64,000 nt of DNA, taken from the NCBI GenBank assembly GCA_965203295.1, contig CBDBCZ010000013.1, positions 576,001 through 640,000 on the forward strand. The letters are read 5' to 3'. Under the pieces are notes generated by a model. It was not told where the DNA came from. It searched no databases and saw nothing but the letters and a program-made list of their open reading frames with translations. Source of the stretch: Nitrospirales bacterium. Its GTDB lineage: Bacteria; Nitrospirota; Nitrospiria; Nitrospirales; UBA8639. Below are positions 22,799-35,100 of the stretch, piece by piece; within the stretch, counting starts at the first letter, position 1, and every line of letters begins with the position of its first letter. The position numbers and the translations under genes are program-made.

Positions 22799-25700
22799 GA
22801 GGTATTAAAGGTATGCGAAATGCGGTAAGTACCCGACATAAGCACCACGCGTCCTCCTTGCAAAACGCGGCTGCTTCTTTCGCGCTCTGCACTTGCTGTG
22901 ACTTCTGACACTTTCACTCTCTCAAGAACACTACACTACCGCGGCCTGGCTCCTTCACTTGGCCACGCAGCAGCAAATCTCTAGGAGGCAGTCTGCAGCC
23001 TAAGCTAATACCGCACTAGAAGGGTTAACTTGATAATTATTATTGTGAAACTTGCAGATGATACTGACAGTCTGTGATTGTTTTTTCTCCAAATGGTCCA
23101 TGCATCACGGAAGGAAGGTTAGTTTAAATGTGAAGGCAACGTCTGTTGAGTAGAATTACAATTAGCTACTTGGGAGTGTACGTTTCTAAATCTTTACCCG
23201 TAGCTACACTTGGGAGTGTAGATATCTTGCATTGTGCATGCCATTAGTATGTAATAAGGCTGTACAACTCCTAATATCTGTGCATGAGTAATAACATCTA
23301 CCTTCCCAGGTGCACAAATGGTGTTTCATATAGGAACAGTACCCTCGGGACGGACTTTGGTGAGATTAGTAGGGGAGAGGAGAAGATTCCTCACTAACAA
23401 ATCTTGTACGGGAGATAGCTACTATTGTGGAGATTGCTTATCGCTGTGGATTCACTTGCCAAATGGAAAGTGTGCATGTGTTTAAATTAGCAACATGGTC
23501 TTTTGCTGGGTATTCCATCTCCATGCGTGCACATATTTGTAGTAGATAGCACAGATCTTAGATAACCCTTTGTGCATTGCAACTTGATCTCTCCTAAGAG
23601 GCACCACTGAAGGGGGGAGAGCACCCTAAGACTGTACGTACTTTCCCAAGAGTGCATACCATGTAAATTCTAATTATTCGTTCAAATGAAATAATCTCAT
23701 TTTGGGTTGACGAATTGATTGAAAGGACTTTTTTATGAGCGGTGGCGAATAAATAGAAGATTAGTCTGAAATACTGACAGCATGTCTGAGCATTGTAAAA
23801 CATTCAATAGACAACACGGCAGGCACTTCTATTACACGGGCCAGGAACTCTTCATGCTCTCTTCCACTTTTGCTACTTCTGCAGACTACAGTGCTCAGCA
23901 GTGATAACATATCAACAAACGTGCGCGCACACAGCAGACAAAGATCTTGGCTATAAGCTTATGTACACACGCTAGTCTTCATAAGAAACAGCATGTGCAC
24001 AGGTAAGTTGGGCCGCCTCCTTGTCCTTGGTGCGGCTTTCTGTATCAGCTAGTCACACTCATGGGCATTCCTGCTGACGTACTCATAAGTAATACTGCTA
24101 GCATGTAGCAGCTGGCAAATATTAGAAAAATATTTCAAAAAGGGCCCACAAATTTGTTGGAAGAAATAAATTGTGGAAAACTGGGGTGTGCCAAATAATT
24201 AGAGGGCGAAAAATTAGAATTTCTACGGTAAATATAACAATTGATTTTTCATAGTCATCCAAACTATAAATACATTTATATAGTTCTTAGCTGGTCATAG
24301 TGATAATGCTATAATACTCCTAAAATCTATGCTTAAGCGATAATTTCCACCTGTGCAGGTGTACGGTGCTCCTCACAGGACTGGTGCACTGCAGTTTGAA
24401 ATTGCTGCGGATCTTTTAGGAGAGCTTTACAGGTAAGAAGAGAAGATTCCTTGCTAGCAAATTTTCCCATCTCATACCAGAGATAGCTACTATTGTTGAG
24501 ATGTCTTATGGCTTGGAATTTTCACTTGCTCAATGGAAAATGCGCAATGGTGCTTAAATTGCCGCATTTTATTGCATTAGCACCATGTGTCTTTCGCACG
24601 CTATTTTCATTTCCTAATTTCTCATGCATCTGCATGCATGCATGTATTTGTAGTAAATGACAGAGCTTTGATACTTTGTGTGTTACCACTTGAATTAGGC
24701 ACCACTTAAGGGGGGGAGCACCATTAGACTCTATGTACTCTCCACATAATTGATTTTTGTAGTCTCTCAAACTATAAATCCATTTAACTAGTTCTTAGTA
24801 AAAATGCTGTAAAAAGTGTGCATAAGCGATAATTTCCATCTGTGCAGGTACGCATGTGATGTTCTGCACGAGACTGGTGCACTGGAGTTTGCTCGAGTCT
24901 TGATCAGATTCACAGGTGAGAAAAGAAGTTTCTTTGCTAACAATCTTGTGCCAGAGATAGCTACCGTTATGGAGATGTCTTGTGGCCGGGGATTTTCACT
25001 TGCTCGATGGAAAATGTGCAATGGTGCTTAAATTGCCAACTTGAAGAAGGCATTCACATCTCTCCTAAGAGGCACCTCTTCAAAAGGGGAGCACCCTTAG
25101 GCTGTATGTACTCTCCACATACTTTTGTCTCAGTATCCGTTTTAAATACAATTCAAAGCTGGTCTTAGTAATGAGGCTGGAAAATCCTGTGCATGAATGA
25201 TTATTTTCACCTGCTCAGGTGTATGGTGTTCCTCACAAGACTGGTGCACCAGAGTTTGAAATTGCCGCGGGTCTGTGAATGATATTTGCAGGTGAGAAGA
25301 GAAGATTCCTAGATAGCAGTAATCTTGTACCTGAGATAGCTACTATTCTCAGGGCTGTGGATTTTAATTTGTGGGGTGGATAATGTGCAATGGTTTTAAA
25401 TTCATCAAATTAGCACCATGAGTCTTTCGCTGGTTATTTTCCTTTTTTTAAATTCTCATGCTGCAAATATTTGTAGTACATACATGATGCTGACTTTTGG
25501 GATTTTTAACCCCATCCAGATCAGGACGTGTTTCCGACCTCTCATGACCTTGCCCAACATCCTTGTCCTTCCGAAAGATCCAGTAATGTTGACCAGAGGA
25601 AGGGAGTCGTGCACCGAAACCCGTGTGCTGACTGTGACATCACCTGTGTTGGTCAGACACCATTCAATATGCACATCGGGAAGTAAAGACACCTAGGGGT

Positions 25701-26155
25701 CTTAAATACATTTAGGTCAGAGAGTTTTCACTCACTCTTTAGAGAATTTACAATGGTGCTTAAAGTGCCACTTTTCATCCCATTACATGTAGCACCATGT
25801 GTCTTTGCGGGCTATTTTTGTATCCTTGATCTCATGAATGCACATACTTGTAGTAGATGACTCAGATCTTTGAATCTTTGTACGTTGCATCTAGAAGAAG
25901 GGATCCATACTTCCTTAGGTGACACCATTTGTGGGCCGGGGAGGGAGAGAGCACCCGGAGATTGTACACACTCTCCACATAGAATTAACTATACCAGTAT
26001 CCAAATTAAAAATTCATCACACTAGTTCTTAGCTGGTCTTAGTAATGAGGCTGTAACGATCCTAAGAACTGTGCTTGAGTGTTGTTATCTTTAGCATGGA
26101 TGAATGTTAACAGTAATTAAAACCATCCATGATTGGATGACATTGACCTTCCACA
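22799..26155 (+). repeat. Left terminal inverted arm
   Basis: Reverse complement of 58655-61845 apart from scattered substitutions and two large indels. Contains degenerate satellite monomers. Confidence 0.9.
25500..25690 (+). pseudogene. Penelope-like retroelement fragment, N-terminal half of GIY-YIG endonuclease
   Basis: IFNPIQIRTCFRPLMTLPNILVLPKDPV, then after a frameshift DQRKGVVHRNPCADCDITCVGQT. Resembles the PLE pattern FRPxxTLxxxLxxPKD...GVVYxIPCxxCxxxYVGQT. Confidence 0.75.
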
Positions 26156-29100
26156 ATGCCCTCTGACCTTTAATGAGATTAAAAGGTGAGCAGAGAAGAT
26201 ACCTTGCTAGCAAGCCATCTAAACCTGTATCACAGATAGCTACTAATATGGAGAGGTCTTAAATGCATTTATGTCTGAGAATTTTCACTTGCTCTTTGGA
26301 GAATTCACAATGGTGCTTAAATGCCACTTTTTATCCCGTTAGCATCATTGTGAATTTCGCTGGCTATTTTCGCTTCCTAGACTGTCAATTATGCACATAC
26401 TTGTAGTAGATGACTCGGAGCTTTGTACTTTCGTACGTTGCAACTTGAAGAAGAGATTTACTCTTCTCATTGGGTGACACCACTAGTCGAGTGGGTGGGT
26501 GGGGAGCACCCAGAGATTGTATGCACTTTCCACATATAGTCTAATTACGTATGCCAGTATCCAAATTAAAAATCCATTTTACCTGTTCTTAGCTGGTCTA
26601 AGTATTGAGGCTGTAACAATCCTAAGAACTTTGCATGAGCGTTATTTAGAGCAGGTGAGGATAGAGTGGTGCTGACAGCGCTAGTTCTTCAGGGTTTGAG
26701 ATGCCCTCTGACCTTTAATGAGATTAAAAGGTGAGCAGAGAAGATACATTGCTAGCAAGTCATCTAAACCTGTATCACAGATAGCTACTAATATGGAGAG
26801 GTCTTAAATGCATTTATGTCTGAGAATTTTCACTTGCTCTTTTGGAGAATTCACAATGGTGCTTAAGTGCCACTTTTCAACCCTTTAGCACTATGTGTCT
26901 TTCGCTGGGTATTTTTATTTCTTAGATTGACATGAATGCACTAATTTACAGTCGATGACGCAGATCTTTCTTGCTAGCAAGTTTTCTTAACCTGTATCAG
27001 AGATAGCTACTATTGTGGAGAGGCCTTGCATATATGTATGGCTGAGAATTTTCACTTGCTGTTTGAAGAATTTACAATGGTGCTTAAAGTGCCACTTTTC
27101 ATCCCACTAGCACCATGTTTCTTTCTCTAGCTATGTTCGCTTTCTAGACTTTCATGAAGGCACATATTTGTAGCAGATAACTCAGATCTTTCCTTGCTGA
27201 GCATGCAATGGTAAAGCACCACAGCATTACATTGAGTGAGGTGGATGTTACGGATTCCAACCCTGGCCTTTAGCCAATGATGTACCATTCGGGTATGGCA
27301 CATCCAATCATAGCACCATCCCAGGAACTTGGTCTTGTCCATCAGTCCTACAATTCACTAATCCAGCCTCCACGCTGTACCTGACTCTATTCCCTGTTTT
27401 CTTTCAATCCTCATTTTCCTACTATCCTAATTATTCGCTCGTTTTTAATTATTCACTACTTCGCCTTGCTTCAAGCAGTACTTTTGTAACACCTCACTCT
27501 ACCCCTGATGATGACAGCTGCATAGTAATCTTGTACCAGAGATAGATAATACTGTGGAAACTGCACAATGGTGCTTAAGTGCCACTTTTTATCCCGTTAG
27601 CACCATGTGTCTTTCGCTGGCTATTTTCGCATCCTAAACTGTCATTAATGCACATACTTGTAGTAGATGACTCGGAGCTATGTACTTTCGTACGTTGCAA
27701 CTTGAAGAAGAGATTAACTCTTCTCATTGGGTGACACCACTTGTCAAGTGGGTGGGTGGGGAGCACCCGGAGACTGTATGCACTATATAGTCTAATTACA
27801 TATGCCAGTATCCAAATTAAAAATCCATTTTACTAGTTCTTAGCTGGTCTTAGTATTGAGGCTGTAACGATGCTAAGAACTTTGCATGAGTGTTATTTTG
27901 AGCAGGTGAGGATAGAGTGTTCCTGACAGTGCTAGTTCTCCAGGGTTTGAGATGCCCTCTGACCTTTAATGAGATTAAAAGGTGAGCAGAAAAGATACCT
28001 TGCTAGCAAGTCATCTAAACCTGTATTACAGATAGCTACTAATATGGAGAGGTCTTAAATGCATTTATGTCTGAGAATTTTCACTTGCTCTTTGGAGAAT
28101 TCACAATGGTGCTTAAGTGCCACTTTTTATCCCGTTAGCACCATTGTGTCTTTGACTGGCTATTTCGCATCCTAGACTGTCAATTATGCACATACTTGTA
28201 GTAGATGACTCGGAGCTTTGTACGTTGCAACTTGAAGAAGAGATTCACTCTTCTCATTGGGTGACACCACTTGTCAAGTAGGTGGGTGGGGAGCTCCCGG
28301 AGACTGTATGCACTCTCCACATATAGTCTAATTACGTATGCCAGTATTCAAATTCAAAAATCCTTTTTTACTAGTTCATAGCTGGTCTTAGTATTGAGGC
28401 TGTAACAATCCTAAGAACTTTGCATGAGTGTTATTTAGAGCAGGTGAGGATAGAGTGGTCCTGACAGCGCTAGTTCTCCAGGGTTTGAGATGCCCTCTGA
28501 CCTTTAATGAGATTAAAAGGTGAGCAGAGAAGATACCTTGCTAGCAAGTCATCTAAACCTGTATCACAGATAGCTACTAATATGGAGAGGTCTTAAATAC
28601 ATTTATGTCTGAAAATTTTCACTTGCTCTTTGGAGAATTCACAATGGTGCTTAAGTACCACTTTTACACCCTTTAGCACTATGCGTCTTTCGCTGGCTAT
28701 TTCCACATCCTAGACTGTCAATTATGCACATACTTGTAGTAGATGACTCGGAGCTTTGTGCTTTCGTACGTTGCAACTTGAAGAAGAGATTTACTCTTCT
28801 CATTGGGTGACACCACTTGTCAAGTGGGTGGGTGGGGAGCACCCGGAGATTGTATGCACTCTCCACATATAGTCTAATTACGTATGCCATTATCCAAATT
28901 CAAAAATCCTTTTTTACTAGTTCTTGGCTGGTCTTAGTATTGAGGCTGTAACAATCCTAAGAACTTTGCATGAGTGTTATTTAGAGCAGGTGAGGATAGA
29001 GTGGTCCTGACAGCGCTAGTTCTCCAGGCTTTGAGATGCCCTCTGACCTTTAATGAGATTAAAAGGTGAGCAGAAAAGATACCTTGCTAGCAAGTCATCT

Positions 29101-32100
29101 AAACCTGTATCACAGATAGCTACTAATATGGAGAGGTCCTAAATGCATTTATGTCTGAGAATTTTCACTTGCTCTTTGGAGAATTCACAATGGTGCTTAA
29201 ATGCCACTTTTTATCCCGTTAGCACCATTGTGTCTTTTGCGGGCTATTTTCGCATCCTAGACAGTCAATTATGCACATACTTGTAGTAGATGACTCAGAG
29301 CTTTCTACTTTCGTACGTTGCAACTTGAAGAAGAGATTTACTCTTCTCATTGGGTGACACCACTAGTCGAGTGTGTGGGTGGGGAGCACCCGGAGATTGT
29401 ATGCACTCTCCACATATAGTCTAATTACGTATGCCAGTATCCAAATTAAAAATCCATTTTACTAGTTCTTAGCTGGTCTTAGTATTGAGGCTGTAACAAT
29501 CCTAAAAACATTGCATGAGTGTTATTTAGAGCAGGTGAGGATAGAGTGGTCCTGACAGCACTCGTTCTCCAGGGTTTGAGATGCCCTCTGACCTTTAATG
29601 AGATTAAAAGGCGAGCAGAGAAGATACCTTGCTAGCAAGTCATCTAAACCTGGATCACAGATAGCTACTAATATGGAGAGGTCTTAAATGCATTTATGTC
29701 TGAGAATTTTCACTTGCTCTTTGGAGAATTCACAATGGTGCTTAAGTGCCACTTTTCAACCCTTTAGCACTATGTGTCTTTCGCTTTGTATTTTTATTTC
29801 CTAGATTGACATGAATGCACTAATTTACAGTCGATGACGCAGATCTTTCTTGCTAGCAAGTTTTCTTAACCTGTATCAGAGATAGCTACTATTGTGGAGA
29901 GGCCTTGCATATATGTATGGCTGAGAATTTTCACTTGCTGTTTGAAGAATTTACAATGGTGCTTAAAGTGCCACTTTTCATCCCACTAGCACCATGTGTC
30001 TTTCTCTAGCTATGTTCGCTTTCTAGACTTTCATGAAGGCACATATTTGTAGCAGATGACTCAGATCTATCCTTGCTGAGCATGCAATGGTGAAGCACCA
30101 CAGCATTACATTGAGTGAGGTGGATGTTACGGATTCCAACCCTGGCCTTTAGCCAATGATGTACCATTCGGGTATGGCACATCCAATCATAGCACCATCC
30201 CAGGAACTTGGTCTTGTCCATCAGTCCTACAATTCACTTATCCAGCCTCAACGCTGTACCTGACTCTATTCCCTGTTTTCTTTCAATCCTCATTTTCCTA
30301 CTATCCTAATTATTCGCTCGGTTTTAATTATTCACTACTTCGCCTTGTTTCAAGCAGTACTTTTGTAACACCTCACTCTACCCCTGATGATGACAGCTGC
30401 ATAGTAATCTTGTACCAGAGATAGATAATACTGTGGAAACTGCACAATGGTGCTTAAGTGCCACTTTTTATCCCGTTAGCACCATGTGTCTTTCGCTGGC
30501 TATTTTCGCATCCTAAACTGTCATTAATGCACATACTTGTAGTAGATGACTCGGAGCTTTGTACTTTCGTACGTTGCAACTTGAAGAAGAGATTAACTCT
30601 TCTCATTGGGTGACACCACTTGTCAAGTGGGTGGGTGGGGAGCACCCGGAGACTGTATGCACTATATAGTCTAATTACATATGCCAGTATCCAAATTAAA
30701 AATCCATTTTACTAGTTCTTAGCTGGTCTTAGTATTGAGGCTGTAACGATGCTAAGAACTTTGCATGAGTGTTATTTTGAGCAGGTGAGGATAGAGTGTT
30801 CCTGACAGTGCTAGTTCTCCAGGGTTTGAGATGCCCTCTGACCTTTAATGAGATTAAAAGGTGAGCAGAAAAGATACCTTGCTAGCAAGTCATCTAAACC
30901 TGTATTACAGATAGCTACTAATATGGAGAGGTCTTAAATGCATTTATGTCTGAGAATTTTCACTTGCTCTTTGGAGAATTCACAATGGTGCTTAAGTGCC
31001 ACTTTTTATCCCGTTAGCACCATTGTGTCTTTGACTGGCTATTTCGCATCCTAGACTGTCAATTATGCACATACTTGTAGTAGATGACTCGGAGCTTTGT
31101 ACGTTGCAACTTGAAGAAGAGATTCACTCTTCTCATTGGGTGACACCACTTGTCAAGTAGGTGGGTGGGGAGCTCCCGGAGACTGTATGCACTCTCCACA
31201 TATAGTCTAATTACGTATGCCAGTATTCAAATTCAAAAATCCTTTTTTACTAGTTCATAGCTGGTCTTAGTATTGAGGCTGTAACAATCCTAAGAACTTT
31301 GCATGAGTGTTATTTAGAGCAGGTGAGGATAGAGTGGTCCTGACAGCGCTAGTTCTCCAGGGTTTGAGATGCCCTCTGACCTTTAATGAGATTAAAAGGT
31401 GAGCAGAGAAGATACCTTGCTAGCAAGTCATCTAAACCTGTATCACAGATAGCTACTAATATGGAGAGGTCCTAAATGCATTTATGTCTGAAAATTTTCA
31501 CTTGCTCTTTGGAGAATTCACAATGGTGCTTAAGTACCACTTTTCAACCCTTTAGCACTATGCGTCTTTCGCTGGCTATTTCCGCATCCTAGACTGTCAA
31601 TTATGCACATACTTGTAGTAGATGACTCGGAGCTTTGTACTTTCGTACGTTGCAACTTGAAGAAGAGATTAACTCTTCTTATTGGGTGACACCACTTGTC
31701 AAGTGGGTGGGTGGGGAGCACCCGGAGATTGTATGCACTCTCCACATATAGTCTAATTACGTATGCCATTATCCAAATTCAAAAATCCTTTTTTAATAGT
31801 TCTTAGCTGGTCTTAGTATTGAGGCTGTAACAATCCTAAGAACTTTGCATGAGTGTTATTTAGAGCAGGTGAGGATAGAGTGGTCCTGACAGCGCTAGTT
31901 CTCCTAGGCTTTGAGATGCCCTCTGACCTTTAATGAGATTAAAAGGTGAGCAGAAAAGATACCTTGCTAGCAAGTCATCTAAACCTGTATCACAGATAGC
32001 TACTAATATGGAGAGGTCCTAAATGCATTTATGTCTGAGAATTTTCACTTGCTCTTTGGAGAATTCACAATGGTGCTTAAATGCCACTTTTTATCCCGTT

Positions 32101-35100
32101 AGCACTATTGTGTCTCTTGCGGGCTATTTTCGCATCCTAGACAGTCAATTATGCACATACTTGTAGTAGATGACTCAGAGCTTTCTACTTTCGTACGTTG
32201 CAACTTGAAGAAGAGATTTACTCTTCTCATTGGGTGACACCACTAGTCGAGTGTGTGGGTGGGGAGCACCCGGAGATTGTATGCACTCTCCACATATAGT
32301 CTAATTACGTATGCCAGTATCCAAATTAAAAATCCATTTTACTAGTTCTTAGCTGGTCTTAGTATTGAGGCTATAACAATCCTAAAAACTTTGCATGAGC
32401 GTTATTTAGAGCAGGTGAAGATAGAGTGGTCCTGACAGCACTCGTTCTCCAGGGTTTGAGATGCCCTCTGACCTTTAATGAGATTAAAAGGCGAGCAGAG
32501 AAGATACCTTGCTAGCAAGTCATCTAAACCTGGATCACAGATAGCTACTAATATGGAGAGGTCTTAAATGCATTTATGTCTGAGAATTTTCACTTGCTCA
32601 TTGGAGAATTCACAATGGTGCTTAAGTGCCACTTTTCAACCCTTCAGCACTATGTGTCTTTCGCTTTGTATTTTTATTTCCTAGATTGACATGAATGCAC
32701 TAATTTGCAGTCGATGACGCAGATCTTTCTTGCTAGCAAGTTTTCTTAACCTGTATCAGAGATAGCTACTATTGTGGAGAGGCCTTGCATATATGTATGG
32801 CTGAGAATTTTCACTTGCTGTTTGGAGAATTTACAATGGTGCTTAAAGTGCCACTTTTCATCCCACTAGCACCATGTGTCTTTCTCTACCTATGTTCGCT
32901 TTCTAGACTGTCATGAAGGCACATATTTGTAGTAGATGACTCAGATCTTTCCTTGCTGAGCATACAATGGTGAAGCACCACAGCATTACATTGAGTGAGG
33001 TGGATGTTACGGATTCCAACCCTGGCTTTTAGCCAATGATGTACCATTCGGGTATGGCACATCCAATCATAGCACCATCCCAGGAACTTGGTCTTGTCCA
33101 TCAGTCCTACAATTCACTAATCCAGCCTCCCCGCTGTACCTGACTCTATTCCCTGTTTTCTTTCAGTCCTCATTTTCCTACTATCCTAATTATTCGCTCG
33201 TTTTTAATTATTCACTACTTCGCCTTGTTTCAAGCAATACTTTTGTAACACCTCACTCTACCCCTGATGATGACAGCTGCATAGTAATCTTGTACCAGAG
33301 ATAGATAATACTGTGGAAACTGCACAATGGTGCTTAAGTGCCACTTTTTATCCCATTAGCACCATGTGTCTTTCGCTGGCTATTTTCGCATCCTAAACTG
33401 TCATTAATGCTCATACTTGTAGTAGATGACTCGTAGCTTTGTACTTTCGTACTTTGCAACTTGAAGAAGAGATTAACTCTTCTCATTGGGTGACACAACT
33501 TGTCAAGTGGGTGGGTGGGGAGCACCCGGAGACTGTATGCACTCTCCACATATAGTCTTATTACATATGCCAGTATCCAAATTAAAAATCCATTTTACTA
33601 GTTCTTAGCTGGTCTTAGTATTGAGGCTGTAACAATGCTAAGAACTTTGCATGAGTGTTATTTGAGCAGGTGAGGATAGAGTGATCCTGGCAGCGCTAGT
33701 TCTCCAGGGTTTGAGATGCACTCTGACCTTTAATGAGATTAAAAGGTGAGCAGAAAAGATACCTTGCTAGCAAGTCATCTAAACCAGTATTACAAAAAGC
33801 TACTAATATGGAGAGGTCTTAAAAGCATTTATGTCTGAGAATTTTCACTTGCTCTTTGGAGAATTCACAATGGTGCTTAAGTGCCACTTTTTATCCCGTT
33901 AGCACCATTGTGTCTTTGACTGGCTATTTTGCATCCTAGACAATCAATTATGCACATACTTGTAGTAGATGACTCGGAGCTTTGTACGTTGCAACTTGAA
34001 GAAGAGATTTACTCTTCTCATTGGGTGACACCACTTGTCAAGTGGGTGGGTGGGGAGCACCCGGAGACTGTATGCACTCTCCACATATAGTCTAATTACG
34101 TATGCCATTATCCAAATTCAAAAATCCTTTTTTACTAGATCTTAGATGGTCTTGGTATTGAGGCTGTAACAATCCTAAGAACTTTTCATGAGTGTTATTT
34201 AGAGCAGGTGAGGATAGAGTGGTCCTGACAGCGCTAGTTCTCCAGGGTTTGAGATGCCCTCTGACCTTTAATGAGATTAAAAGGTGAGCAGAGAAGATAC
34301 CTTGCTAGCAAGTCATCTAAACCTGTATCACAGATAGCTACTAATATGGAGAGGTCTTAAATACATTTATGTCTGAGAATTTTCACTTGCTCTTTGGAGA
34401 ATTCACAATGGTGCTTAAGTACCACTTTTCAACCCTTTAGTACTATGCGTCTTTCGCTGGCTATTTCCGCATTCTAGACTGTCAATTATGCACATACTTG
34501 TAGTAGATGACTCGGAGCTTTGTACTTTCGTACGTTGCAACTTGAAGAAGAGATTTACTCTTCTCATTGGGTGACACCACTTGTCATGTGGGTGGGTGGG
34601 GAGCACCCGGAGATTGTATGCACTCTCCACATATAGTCTAATTACGTATGCCAGTATCCAAATTAAAAAATCCTTTTTTACTAGTTCTTAGTATTGAGGC
34701 TGTAACAATGCTAAGAACTTTGCATGAGTGGTATTTAGAGCAGGTGAGAATAGAGTGGTCCTGACAGCGCTAGTTCTCCAAGGTTTGAGATGCCCTCTGA
34801 CCTTTAATGAGATTATAAGGTGAGCAGAAAGATACCTTGCTAGCAAGTCATCAAAACCTGTATCACAGATAGCTCTACTAAAATGGAGAGGTCTTAAAAG
34901 CATTTATGTCTGAGAATTTTCACTTGCTCTTTGGAGAATTCACAATGGTGCTTAAATGCCACTTTTTATCCCGTTAGCACCATTGTGTCTTTGACTGGCT
35001 ATTTCGCATCCTAGACTGTTAATTATGCACATACTTGTAGTAGATGACTCGGAGCTTTGTACTTTCATACGTTGCAACTTGAAGAAGAGATTTACTCTTC

